Below are positions 50,446 to 62,682 of a stretch of 64,000 nucleotides of DNA, piece after piece. How positions within the stretch are numbered: position 1 is the stretch's first letter; the number at the start of each line of letters is the position of its first letter. The notes below the pieces were generated by a model. That model was not told the DNA's origin, ran no database searches, and saw nothing but the letters and a program-made list of their open reading frames with translations. The translations under genes and the position numbers were made by a program. The stretch is taken from NCBI RefSeq assembly GCF_001194135.2, contig NC_068982.1, forward strand, positions 163,441,105 through 163,505,104, written 5' to 3'. This DNA is from Octopus bimaculoides (lineage: Eukaryota).

Positions 50446-50653
50446 TTGTCCATGTGTCTGTTGTTGTTGATGGAGAAGCAACAGGAAATAAGTCAACTGT
50501 GCATCCTCCTATGAATCAGTAAATGAATATAAAGTATTCATTGGAACACCATTGAATACTTCATATTCATCTAGTAATTCAAGGGAGGATACACACTTGA
50601 GTTACTTCTTGTTGCTTCTCCATCAACAACAACAACAACAGACACAGGGACAA
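50446..50653. repeat. 208-bp foldback inverted repeat with 4-nt loop
   Basis: Arms 50446-50544 and 50549-50653, about 83% identical, loop AACA. Confidence 0.9.
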
Positions 50654-50784
50654 AGCACTTTGGTGATGCATGGGAAAGGCCTCTTTTGTAGCAAATCAAT
50701 ATTGTTCTAATGACATAATGGACATGATGAGAACATCATTAAATATAGAGTGGAAAATGGTACATACACATATATATGTATATA

Positions 50785-50915
50785 TGATGGCTCTGTCATT
50801 GGTGTTAATGAGGAGCATTCAGCTGTTTGATCAATGTCTGATGAGTTAAATTAGTATGTAAATGGATGAAGTGGATGAGTATTTTACATGAGTATGCTTA
50901 ATGTAATTCTCAACT
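50785..50915. repeat. Family E interspersed repeat, old
   Basis: GTGGATGAGTATTTTACATGAGTATGCTTAATGTAATTCTC; an opposite-orientation relative lies at about 56010-56115. Confidence 0.4.
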
Positions 50916-51160
50916 TGATAATCATTGTAACATAATGTAATGAGGCTGGATCTTTGAAGTACAGGTAAAAGCTATCTGATGAGTTTCTACACAATTTCTG
51001 CCAACCTAATCACACCGATAAGGCTTGGAATGATTTTGACTTTGGTAAAGCCATTTGCTCAAGATACCATACAGTGGGACCAAACCTATATACAGATATA
51101 GTCATATGTGTGTGTGCACGTGCACACACATACACACACACACATAAAACTATGTATATA

Positions 51161-51195
<35 letters not shown>

Positions 51196-51308
51196 GTACA
51201 TGTACTTACATATATGTATGTATATTTATGTAAATGTTGAACGATGAAAATGAGTGCTCAACACAGCATTGCTGGTTATAATTTTTTTATTTGGGAATTA
51301 AGGCTACC

Positions 51309-51557
51309 ATTGGTTTCATGTTAAGAAAAGTAGGAAAATATCTTAGTGTCTTAACAATTTTTCAAGCTGATCACATAAAGAAAGGTGTTCATCTCCATTT
51401 TGGAAAACACAGACTCATTTAGCTCGTGGAGCCTCCCAAAGATTTCTGTGAGCTAAATGAGGGTGTGTTTTCCAAAATGGAGGTGAACACCTTTCTCCAT
51501 GTGATTGGCTTGAAAAATTGTTAAGACATTAGGTTATTTTCTTAACATGAAACCAAT
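51309..51557. repeat. 249-bp foldback inverted repeat (MITE-like)
   Basis: Arms 51309-51425 and 51450-51557, about 90% identical apart from a ~9-nt insertion in the left arm. Confidence 0.92.
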
Positions 51558-51583
51558 ATATGTATATTTATACATGTGTGTGT

Positions 51584-51655
<72 letters not shown>

Positions 51656-51807
51656 ATATATATATGCATGTATGTGTATGTATCTGTGTGTGTTTCCTTT
51701 CCTGAGCGTCCAATAATACTATCCATATCACGTCCTCACTTTGTTGTTTTTTTGTTTTTTTGTTATTGTTTTTTTTAACTATATATATATATGTATGTAT
51801 ATGTATC

Positions 51808-51838
<31 letters not shown>

Positions 51839-52179
51839 GCATGTTTGTGTTGATATGGTGAGATTGTTGTAAATTAAAACCATTAATTTTTCAATATTCT
51901 GCAAAAATATGTCTGGTCACAGGGAACTATTACTTTGTTTGAAAACAGGTAAGGGTTGGTGATGGGGAAGACATCTGGATGAAAAAAAAATCTGCTCCAA
52001 TAAACTCTATCAGACCCATAAAAGCATGGAAAAATGGACATTAATTGAATGATTATGATGATGATGATGATGACAATACATATCGTTGCTTATAGTAACT
52101 GCTTTACCTCTTATCTTCCCTCAGTCAAGAGAGATCTTCAAGTCACAAGATTGCCTCATTAACGCTGCTAGCAGGAAAA

Positions 52180-52345
52180 AAACACACAATACAATCTCTA
52201 AAATAGTTGGTATTAGGAAAGGCATCCAACCATAGAAATTATGCCAAAACTGTGATACTGGAGCCAAATGTGGTCCTCTAACTTGTTGGTTCATGTCAAA
52301 ATGTCCAAAATAGGCTAACATGGAAAATGGCTGTAAAATGATAAT
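52180..52345 (+). mobile_element. Family A retroposon
   Basis: GTTGGTATTAGGAAAGGCATCCAACCATAGAAA..CATGGAAAATGG. Confidence 0.7.
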
Positions 52346-53804
52346 GGTGATATATAACGAATAGCTAGACATGCTTTACAAGTTATATCATGCTGATAGA
52401 CATTTCCAAGTTAAAATCCAGACATGGATGAGTTTTGCTTTTCTTTGTTCTGGAATGGGTGTGGAGGTAATAAAATAAGTTCTAGTAAGATAAAAGGTTG
52501 ATTGAAAAGACTATATACCTTTACTGGCAGAAAACAAAATGGAAAATACAATGAAAAGAAATACATGAGCTTTCATGACCAAGCAAAAGAAAATATTGGC
52601 TTATTGTTCAGGTTGTATTGAGCTTGTTAGAAACCTTTGTTGTATCTTAAATTACATTTGTTATCAAGACTAATAGCTGACACAATATTGTATCATTAAA
52701 GAACTGATTTTTAATAACTAGTGTCATTGATAAAATATACTGCCAGTTTTATCTACTGTGACCTAGATAAAAACAATACGTTAGAATAATAAATACACAA
52801 CCATTAGGATGGCATAGTAATTACAGATACAAAAATAGATTCCATATTTTTCTCAGAAGTGAAGAGATTCTTCAATTACTAGTTCGTATTCTTCTTCTTT
52901 GCTGTTCTTAAGAGAACAAAGCATTTGAATTCATCAGATGTCTCAAAGAGTGGACCAAAAATTTAGCACATCTCATTAGAGTTGAGTCGAAATATTAAAA
53001 CTTTAAATTTATTGATTATTTAAGCAATTATAGAGAAACTCCTCTCTCCATTTTCTTCTTTGTTAGATAATAGCGATTACAAGGAAATAGAAAAGAAAAC
53101 AGACAAAATGGGAGAGAAAAATATCATCAACAACAACAGAAAACATTCCATTGAATTCTGTCTTCAATTGAGAAGTAAAATTCTAAAAGAGATTATCACA
53201 GAGTTGTTAAATTAGGACAGCAGTTTCTTTTGTCATTAGCAGACCGAATTTCATTTAATTGAGACCTTATGAAGCTGCATACAGAAAATTTAACATATAC
53301 AACAGTATTTCATATTTTTATTTACATATCCACTAATTTTAAATAATGCCTCATAATATAAGATAGCTTTCAATAGATTAAAAAATATTCAACAAATGTG
53401 AATTTGTTTAATGTAATTGACAATAGAAATTTTTTTACAACCTAATTCTGTTGCATTGAAGATATTCTGGAAATAGTAGTTAATTAATAAACATAATAGT
53501 CTTTTTTTTTTTTTTTGGTATTCTAGAATTTACATGTTATATAGAAATAAGTTATTGATCATTCTACTTAAGCAGTTTACTTTTATGTGTTTCCCAATTT
53601 CAGTTCTTAGATTACAGCCATGTTAAGGAATGTTCAATGATTTTAACCAATTACGTCAACTTTAGCTTTTAGTTGGACACCCAGTTTTATCAATCTACGT
53701 TTTCGGAAAGGCTGAGTTTAACTTGATTTATGTACCTTCTAGAGAGAAAATACCACAAAAGGTTTACACATGTATACAAAAATACTGAAACACACATACA
53801 CAAA

Positions 53805-53950
53805 TGAAAGCTTCTACATAGTTTCCATCAACAAAATTCTACATATAAGTTATTGGTCAACCTGAGAGTATGGTAGTAGATACTTGCACAATGTGTTGTT
53901 CAGTGAGATAGAACTTAGAAAGGTAATTGCAAAGTGAAAGCTTTAATTGT
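53805..53950 (-). mobile_element. Family B SINE 5' half, old
   Basis: CTTCTACATAGTTTCCATCAACAAAATTC..TTGGTCAACCTGAG..GTAGATACTTGCACAA. Confidence 0.55.
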
Positions 53951-55044
53951 ACACTTATCCTAAGCCTATAACAATAAGAAGAAACCCCATCAAAAGCAAA
54001 TTTAAGATACAGGGAAAAATAGAGATAAAACAACAAAAAGTACCATTATATGGTGCATTAGATATAAGGAAAGTAAGGGTAGAGAGAGATGAATGGAATC
54101 AACAAAAAGAAGAAAATAAAAAAAATGACTGATAGACATAAAGAAAGTATGCTTACCTAGAAAAAGAGAAGAAATCATGTACTTTTGCCTTTGCAACAAT
54201 ACTATAGTTTATTGTAGTGTTATTTTTCTTCTGTTTTTTAAAAATAAAACATATTTTGAAAGGGATGTGGTATTACACTTATCTCTGGAGCTAAATAAAT
54301 GGGTGTACTGCATGTATTCGTAGTTTAAAAGTATTCTGGTTACCTCAATGTGGTCTTACAGTGTGGTCTTCTAATTCTACATATGTTCTCTATATTATGG
54401 CTATAGATGTAGGATTTTAAATAAAGATTTCATCTCTAGCTGGCCATAATAAACATTCTTTCTTTCAGTTGCATATTACTGTCTTTGAGATGTGACCAAC
54501 ATGGTATATACTAATCAACAAAAAGTATGATATGGTGCCGTCTTGAATTAAGACATATTTTTTTCCCTATAGTCTGGCATGGCTGTTTGATAGATCAAAC
54601 ATTTGTACAATTTAAAGTGAAGTCAGAAGGAATTTGCTGAATGTACACATGCATGTGTGTGTGTGTGTGTGGGGGATGAGAGAGGTGTGTGTGTGTGTGG
54701 GGGGGGATGAGAGAGATGTGTGCGCGGGGGAATGAGAGAGAGAGAGCAGGTATATGTGTGTGTAATGATAAGTGACCATTTGGGTATTTTCTTTGTATCT
54801 TGTGACCTTTTTATTCTATAGCGACAGTTTAAAAAAGCAAATATATTATCAATATGGTAACCATGTTTACATCAAATTGAATATTGTGCCTATTCCACTA
54901 TGACAACCATGTTTACAGCAGTTAAAGTTTTACACATTTTCCCATAGGAGCCTAACCAGAGCCTTTCATCAACAATTTCAATAATTTAATGTTGCATGCA
55001 ACACACAGACACACACACAGAAGCAACCTCACAAACCAGTGAAA

Positions 55045-55250
55045 CAACCTCTATGTTGTTGCTCAATTTTCAAGAAATAGCAACCAAATCTAAATTCGAA
55101 ATTGCACCCTACCATTTTTCAAAAAGAGAGACCCACTAAACAATGCAGTTCTAGAATTACAGAATAACAAGAGTCATAATTGGTATGCCTTAGGCCGTAT
55201 ATCTGCTCCCTTATGATTGGCCTGAGATTAAATGAGAACAGTAACGACAA
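55045..55250 (+). repeat. Family D repeat
   Basis: AAGAAATAGCAACCAAATCT..CACCCTACCAT..GGTATGCCTT..ATCTGCTC. Confidence 0.65.
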
Positions 55251-56575
55251 TAAATAACGAGAAGCTTATGCAAAGAGAAATCCACACCTAATCCATAGTT
55301 AAGTATTACTTTGAGAGTCACGTCGTGATGTCCCAATGTATTTTTTTTTTAAAGACAAACATAATCAGTGTTAAACTGCTTATCATGAGTTTAGTACATC
55401 TTTTGCACTATTGTCTACACAGGCATGTATGTTCAATATCTAATATCTAAATATATTTAACTTGCCTTTATTTAATGAGAAATCCTCTCATCTGTTTGGT
55501 TTTTACACATACAACAAATATTCTCTTATTAAGTTACTAATTTCTTCTACTCACAGATATAATGTAATTTCTGAATGCCACTAACCACGTTAATTCTGCA
55601 TAAGTAAATACTGTGACTGTTGTTATTTCTTACATCTGAACTTAGATCATCTTTTATTTTGTTATTTTGTTTTCAATAGAATGAGAATGTGTATAGACAA
55701 ATTTATCTAAATGTTATTAAATCTCAAACAAAATTTCACCTGCTGAAATTGCTAAACTAATAAAATTTGGTAATTTTGGCATACTAATATGTCTGTGTAT
55801 GTATATATTGTGTACATATAAATATATACATTTGAGTCTCATAAATGATGGTATGTCTGAGTGGTTTAGACATTTACTTCTAAGTTATGAGGCTCTAGGT
55901 TCAACTCCATCTTACCTTTGAATCAATGCAAACCTTCAAAGTGAAAAAGAGGAAACAAAAGTTTTAGAAGCTTGCATCATTACATACTGTGTCATGCTGC
56001 TCCTGCCGGATGTTTATGTTAAGGGAGCAAGTACCTGTGGAATACTCAGCCACTTACTATGTGATTTAATAAACAGGAAGTTGAGTTGATTGAGCAACTG
56101 GATATTCATTGACACCAAGGTTTACATATTTGTGTCTGTATACATGTACTCTACCCTCCTCTGACAAAACGTAGAAAGTCAAAAAACAAGAAACTGAGAT
56201 AATTGCAAAAAATTGAAAAAAATAATCCTAGCTTTTTCAATTGCTGTGTGTCATAATGAAACGTTGAAAATTTTCCAAGATCATATCCCTAATTATGTAT
56301 GAGGCAAGGTCCAAGGAATTTGAATATCCATTCTCTGAAGAAGAGAATAAGTTGACTTACTGTGTTTTGTCGGAGGACAGCAGTACTGTGAGTGTGTGTG
56401 TGTGTGTATGTGTGCATGCATGTATGTATGTATCTCTCTTTCTCTCTCTCTATATATAATACACACACACACACATACTGGTGTGCATATGCTTATAGAC
56501 ATTTTATATACACACACACACACACATTACATGCAAAAGAGAAAGAAAAATAGGAGTGAGAAAGAGAAAGAAAAT

Positions 56576-56619
<44 letters not shown>

Positions 56620-58286
56620 AATTGATAGACAGACAGACAGACAGACTACATCTGTTCTTTTTTCCAGTCTGGCAAGAAGACATAAGAGATGAACTTAGAA
56701 TTGCTTATTATGGCTGAGACTGATGACAATCACTGTGATTATGATAAGTGATAATCTAAAACAAGATAGAGATCTAAATTGGCTGTTGTGGGTGGTACCA
56801 ACAGGAAGAGAAGTAAGAATGAAAACAGCAGCACAACAGTAAAAGTATGATAGCTGCAGCAACAATAGACAATAATATAACAGCAGCAACCAACAGTGAC
56901 TCAATGCAGTTTATTGTGATGTGATGTGTATATTCAGTAACGTTTTGCAACAAAAGGCAAGTTAAGGTGGATCCAGACACATCCCTCCAGGTGTTTCTAG
57001 CCAATTGAAAAATCTCACACACACACACATACTAAACAAACAAACAAAAACTATTGTGTTTGTTTTCCATGCTTGCCATTAATGAACTAGGGAGGAGGTT
57101 TCCAAGCAATGTTGCTTGATTTGCTCAGTTTTAATGCAAAAGCCAAATCCCCCCTCCCACATCTCTCTCTCGCTCTCTCTTTCTACTCCCCCACCTCTCA
57201 CTCTACCGTCTCTGAAATTGGAATCACAAGCAATAACCTAAAGCTTCAGAAAGTAAACACATAACAAAGACTGAATGGCAGTGACTAGAACACTGAACAA
57301 ATGATGTATTGGGTGAATATTTGGTTTGGTGCAAGGAGTTCTCCGCCCACAATTAAATACTGTTGCCAAATATACTCAAATCACAGGATTGCAGCAATAG
57401 TTGTGCAACATGTAATACAATGTTGAAAAAAAAAAAAAAATTCTCATAGACTTGCAATACATAAATTATATATACTTTTGAAGAAGCTGTTCTCTTGGAT
57501 GGAACCATATCTCAACAATACAAGTAGTTTTATATAAAAGTGTATTTTTCTCTCTCTATAAGCATCTTTGGGTATCTCACTTTCTCAGTATTTAAATGAA
57601 ATATTAGAAGCTGCTTATCTCTCAGCAAAATTCAAATGAGATAAGTATTGCATTAGGAGATGTTGTATCCTAATGCAAGTAGCATGACTACATATCTCAT
57701 TTACTTTGTTAAAAACGTAGGTTTAACATTTCACATCTATCTGATCAGTTAGATAATAAATGATATTGATGACGCATACAATATTTGCTTCTACAATTTA
57801 ATTATAATTCCAAATTTACAGAACTATACAACCCTGGATAACCATATCAGAATAAGTAAATAAATAAAGACAAAACAAAAACAGAACAAAAAATAAAACA
57901 ACAGCACCTCTAACACTTCCCTTAAGATAAAGGATGAAACAGCTCATGGCCATCAAAGTCCAGCTTCAAGAGACTCCTTTTATACATTATACATTTCATT
58001 CAATCAATGGGATTAAAACAAGGCATTTCTTTGAAGAGCTTAGATCAAATGATTTATTGTTAGTGTTGTTGTTGTTGTTTTTATGTTGCTACTACAATTA
58101 GAATGGGTCATTTGTCCTTGGTAGTCAGGGTAGTCAGGGCATCTGTGAAATACACTAATTATCCCTAATTATTAATACTATTCAATTCCAGGGTAGATCT
58201 GCTATTTTTTTTTGTTTTCTATATTGGATGCAAACCCCAACATTACACATTTGTGGTATTAAAATAGATTATTGTCATCATTGTTG

Positions 58287-58334
<48 letters not shown>

Positions 58335-58335
<1 letters not shown>

Positions 58336-58552
58336 GGGGGTGAGTTGGCAGAATTGTTAGCACACCACACAAAATGCTTAGCAGCATTTCATCCGTCTTT
58401 ATGTTCTGAGTTCAAATTCCAACTGGATCGACTTTGCCTTTCATCCCTTTGGGGTTGATAAAATGAGTACCAGTTGAGCACTGGGATTGATGTAATCAGC
58501 TTACCCCTATCCCTTGAAATTGCTGGCATTGTGCCAAAATTTGAAACCATTA
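58335..58552 (+). mobile_element. Family C SINE, full length
   Basis: High similarity to 14681-14896. Confidence 0.9.
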
Positions 58553-58562
58553 TTATTATTAT

Positions 58563-58785
58563 AAAGATGGTGAGCTGGCAGAATCGTTAGCATGCTGGGC
58601 AAAATGCTTAGTGACATTTCATCCATTTTTACGTTTTGAGTCCAAATTCTGCAGTGGTTGACTTTGCTTTCATCCAGTTGGAGTTGATGAAATAAGCTGA
58701 GAACTAGGTTTGATGTAATCAACTATAACTCTTCCCAAAATTTCAAGCCTTGTGGCTATAGTAGAAAGAATTATTATTATTATTG
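58563..58785 (+). mobile_element. Family C SINE, full length, tandem to the previous copy
   Basis: GGTGAGCTGGCAGAATCGTTAGCATGCTGGGCAAAATGCTTAG..GACTTTGCTTTCATCC. Confidence 0.9.
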
Positions 58786-58794
58786 GGTAACCCC

Positions 58795-59212
58795 CTTCGG
58801 TCATGAATGGCCATGGGATTGCACCTAGAAAGTTACCCTCCGAGGAGCAAGTCTGGACAAGGTTGTTTATGGAAGACCAGTAGTCACCCATGCATACCAG
58901 TCTCCCCTCTCCATGACACCAGTGTTATCCAAGGGAAAGGCAAAGGCCGATACAGTTTGGCACCTGTGACGTCGCAACTCATTTCNNNNNNNNNNCCTCT
59001 CCATGACACCAGTGTTATCCAAGGGAAAGGCAAAGGCCGATACAGTTTGGCACCTGTGACGTCGCAACTCATTTCTACAGCTGAGTGAACTGGAGCAACG
59101 TGAAATAAAGTGTCTTGTCCAAGAACACAACATGCAGCCTGGTCTGGGAATTGAACTCACAACCTCATGATCGTAAGCTTGACACTCTAACCACTAAGCC
59201 ATGCACCTTCAC
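58795..59212 (-). mobile_element. tRNA-headed SINE, full length, containing an 80-nt false duplication at a gap
   Basis: Reverse complement begins GTGAAGGTGCATGGCTTAGTGGTTAGAGTG (A box) and has GAGTTCAATTCCC (B box); GC-rich 3' tail. Confidence 0.85.
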
Positions 59213-59249
59213 TTATTATTATTATTAATATTATTATTATTATTATTCA

Positions 59250-59745
59250 ATATGAGGGTGGTAGCTTGGTAGAATTGTTAGAGTACTGGACAAAATGTCT
59301 TGTGGTATTTCTTCTGGCTCTTTACATTTTGCAGGCCGTTTGGACTGACTCCTGTGTAGGTGGCACGTAAAAAACACCATTTGAGCATGGCCGTTTCCAG
59401 TACTGCCAGACTGGCCATCATGCCGGTGGCACCTAAAAAGCACCCACTACACTCTCGGTGTGGTTGGCGTTAGGAAGGGCATCCAGCTGTAGAAACTATG
59501 CCAGATCAGATTGGTGTCTGGTTCGCCAGTCCGCAGTCAAATCGTCCAACCCATGCTAACATAGAAAGCGGATGTTAAATGATGATGACGATGATGAGTC
59601 GAATCCCTCTGAGAACAATTTTGTCTTTCATCCCACTGGGATCAATAAAATAAAGCACCATTTAAGTACTGGATACAATGTAATTGAATAAGCTCTTCTT
59701 TTCAAAATTGCTGGCCTTGTGCTTAAATCAGCAATTATTACCATT
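59250..59745 (+). mobile_element. Family C SINE interrupted by a family A insertion
   Basis: Head ends at TTTACATTTT (59330) and resumes as GAGTCGAATCCC..TTTGTCTTTCATCCC at about 59596. Confidence 0.75.
59335..59597 (+). mobile_element. Family A retroposon with two tandem units
   Basis: GGTGGCACGTAAAAAACACCATTTGAGC..ATGCCGGTGGCACC..standard tail. Confidence 0.9.
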
Positions 59746-59754
59746 TTTTGGTAA

Positions 59755-59960
59755 CATGCAAAAGGCACCCATGCTGGTGACATGTAAAAGGCATCTAGTA
59801 CACTCTGTGTATTGGTTGCTGTAAGGATGAACATTCAGCTGCAGAAATCAAACTACTGCAGCTTGCCGAATGATCAGCTCCAGTCAAACCATCTTACCCA
59901 TGCTAGAATGGAAAATGGACACTAAACGATGATGATGATGTCGATGATGACGACGACAAC
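59755..59960 (+). mobile_element. Family A retroposon, old
   Basis: CCAGTCAAACCATC..ACCCATGCTAGAATGGAAAATGGACAC and (GAT/GAC)n. Confidence 0.75.
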
Positions 59961-59979
59961 GATGATGATAATTAATTAT

Positions 59980-60200
59980 CATGAGTGAATTGGCAAAATT
60001 CGATAGAGTGTTGGGCAAAATGCCTTTTAGGGTTTTATTACAGCTCTTTACATTCTCAGTTCAAATCCCACCAAAGTCACCTTTGCTTTTCCGCCTTCCA
60101 ATGTAAATAACATAAACTATCAGTTAATTGTTGCAGATGATTACATTGGCTAACACCTCTTTTCAAAAACTGTGGCCTTGTGCCAACATCAGAAACAAGT
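59980..60200 (+). mobile_element. Family C SINE, old
   Basis: CTCTTTACATTCTCAGTTCAAATCCCACCAAAGTCACCTTTGCTTT..GGCCTTGTGCCAA. Confidence 0.7.
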
Positions 60201-60335
60201 GTTATCATTACAGATCAGGTTGTAGTTGTTGAACTTTTCACTTCTATTATAACTTGCTACGGCTTGATTTGTGACTGCTGCTGCTGATTTTCCTGCTGCT
60301 GCCACCACTTCCGCCATTGCCACCACCATCACCAC

Positions 60336-60369
<34 letters not shown>

Positions 60370-60896
60370 TTTTTGTTTTAGCCTCGTTGATGATGTTTTT
60401 GTGATTGACTATTTGCATCTTGTTCAATTACTCTCTTATTTTTTTTGTTCACTTTTGTCTTGTATCAACTTCCAGGAAATACAAGTAAACATTGACATAA
60501 CAAACCAGACTGAGTTTTAAAAACAAAAGTTCAACAATGAAACGATAACAATCTCATGACAAAAAAAAAAAAAGCAACATATATTATGTATATATATATA
60601 TATATATATACAAAAAATTTCTCTGAGACACAAGTTTCAATTACTTGTAGCATCAATCTTTACTGAGACAGAGCAGTGTTCCCATCTCTTCCTCTGTTTG
60701 ATTCCAATTTCTTTTTTATAACATACATTAATGATATCACTATTAACAATAAGAAAAACAAAAAAATTCATTACCACCGCTGCCAACGACACCACCACCA
60801 CCACCACCACCACCACCACCACCACCGTTCCCACCATGAATGATGACATCATAAAGAACAACTAACACCAATAATGAGAACAACACTAACATTATT

Positions 60897-61370
60897 GAAA
60901 TAGTAGCCAAATCCCCCACAAATCACAATGTATTGTTATAAATAAGGGAAGGATACATATGGTCAGTCTTCTTCATACCCTTATGAAAAGTGAAATGGTC
61001 AAAGCCGGAACTGACCAAAGGTCTGATTGACCTATACTCAAAAGATATGATGAAGAAGTATAACCATTTCTAATAACGAATTTGTATGATCAGGGCTGAC
61101 ACATGTCTAGACAACAGCAGCACTAACAATAACATTATTGAGGGAACCTTGACCTGGTTTCATGAGCTGCTGAAAACAGCAGTCAAATTTCCCTATACCA
61201 TACCCTACAGTTTGAGAAAACAAAGGACACACTGAATAAAATAGTTCTAGATACCCTATTTCTGAAGAAATAAGATAGTAAGGGCATAGTTGTATCTTTA
61301 TATTTGTATCTTCATAGTTGCATCATAAGTTTGCTTGATTAGATTTGATCAAGGACTAAACAACAACTAT
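60897..61370 (+). repeat. Family D repeat, two or more copies
   Basis: GAAATAGTAGCCAAATCCCC at 60897; GAAAACAGCAGTCAAATTTCCC at about 61172; GGACTAAACAACAAC end. Confidence 0.6.
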
Positions 61371-61424
61371 ATAATTGTCTGAAATCAAAGGAAACTAAAA
61401 GAAGTATGTAACCACCAAGAATTG

Positions 61425-61722
61425 GGAAGTGTCTAAGCACCTAGTACACTCTATGGAGTGGTCGGTGTTAGGAAGGGCATCCAGCTGTAGAAACTACGCC
61501 AGAACAGACAATGGAACCTGGTGCAGCCCCTGACCTTACCAACTCCAGTTAAACTGACCAACTCCATTCTAGCATGGAAAACGGATGTTATAGATGTTTT
61601 CGATCTAGTTCGGATTCTTTGCCATCAAATTTGATGGTGAAAAATTCAAATTTGATGGCGAAGAATTCAAATTTGATGGCAAAGAATTCAAACTAGATCG
61701 AAAACATCTCTATATATGATGT

Positions 61723-61766
<44 letters not shown>
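61425..61766 (+). mobile_element. Family A retroposon interrupted at its 3' end by a palindromic element
   Basis: CATGGAAAACGGATGTTA | insert | TATATATGAT(GAT)n. Confidence 0.85.
61591..61710. mobile_element. 120-bp palindromic MITE-like element, TA TSD, internal 21-nt triplication
   Basis: Arms AGATGTTTTCGATCTAGTT..TTCTTTGCCATCAAA / TTTGATGGCAAAGAA..AACTAGATCGAAAACATCT; TA at 61589-61590 and 61711-61712. Confidence 0.85.
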
Positions 61767-61768
<2 letters not shown>

Positions 61769-61904
61769 TTGGATAAAGTACATAAACAGAGAATGGGAAC
61801 AAGTATATTAATACAGGACAAAGAGAAATAAGTAACTGTAGCAATTTTTGAGTAGAGAATGCATAGGGTTCTGAGATCCCTTTATTCAATCTCTCTATTG
61901 TTAG

Positions 61905-62085
61905 TGCCATAGAAAATGCATCAGAACACTCTGCAAAGTGGTTGGTGATAGGAAGAGTATCCAGTTGTAGAAACCAACCCAAATGACTATGGAGATAGTA
62001 GTGTTCAAAAGAAGATGATTCAGACCATGATGATCCCTTCAACTCATGTCAGCATGGAAAGTAGATATAAAAATAATGATGATAA
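61905..62085 (+). mobile_element. Family A retroposon
   Basis: ACACTCTGCAAAGTGGTTGG..GGAAGAGTATCCAGTTGTAGAAACC..CAGCATGGAAAGTAG. Confidence 0.75.
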
Positions 62086-62439
62086 CATTGATGAGAGAAG
62101 CTGAAGGTGTATGTGATCAGAGAGAATCAACAATAACAGCACAAACTACAGTAATAACACTGATTCCATTGTGTGGCATCTTGTGTGAGTGTCTTCAACC
62201 ATTTGTCTGGTGAATGGAATATGGTTGATGGAAACTGTGTTGAAGCCTGTTGGTAAGATATCCCCCAGTTTAATACCACCACTAGACCCTTGGGTGCCTT
62301 TATCATAGATCAAATTGTAACAAGCATTTGGGCCAGGTCCTAGTCTGATGATATCTTGTTCCCGTTTACCTATCAGTGATGGGTCATAGGTGCTGAACTT
62401 TCTCTTTTAATACAAAAAAAAAAAAAAAATTTTCTAAGA

Positions 62440-62630
62440 TAGGCACACAATCAGTAATTTTGAGGGGAGGGTAAATTAATACCATAGACTCCATTACTTG
62501 ATTGTTTTTTTTTATCAACCTCAAAAGAATGAAAAGCAAAGATGACTTCAGTGGGATATGAACTCAGAATGTACAGAGCCAGAAGAATTACTACAATCTA
62601 CTGTTCCCAAATTATGCTAGCTTTTTGCCT
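62440..62630 (-). mobile_element. Family C SINE
   Basis: TTTATCAACCTCAAAAGAATGAAAAGCAAAGATGACTTCAGTGGGATATGAACTCAGAATGTA. Confidence 0.7.
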
Positions 62631-62682
62631 TAATGAATAAATAAACAAATAAAGCCTAAAAACCACCACTTGCAAAGCCATG

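Noticed and set aside
55850-55915. tRNA-like A/B boxes (GAGTGGTTT, GGTTCAACTCC)
   Set aside because: No cloverleaf or acceptor stem; interpreted as a decayed SINE head, as are the other box pairs in the window.
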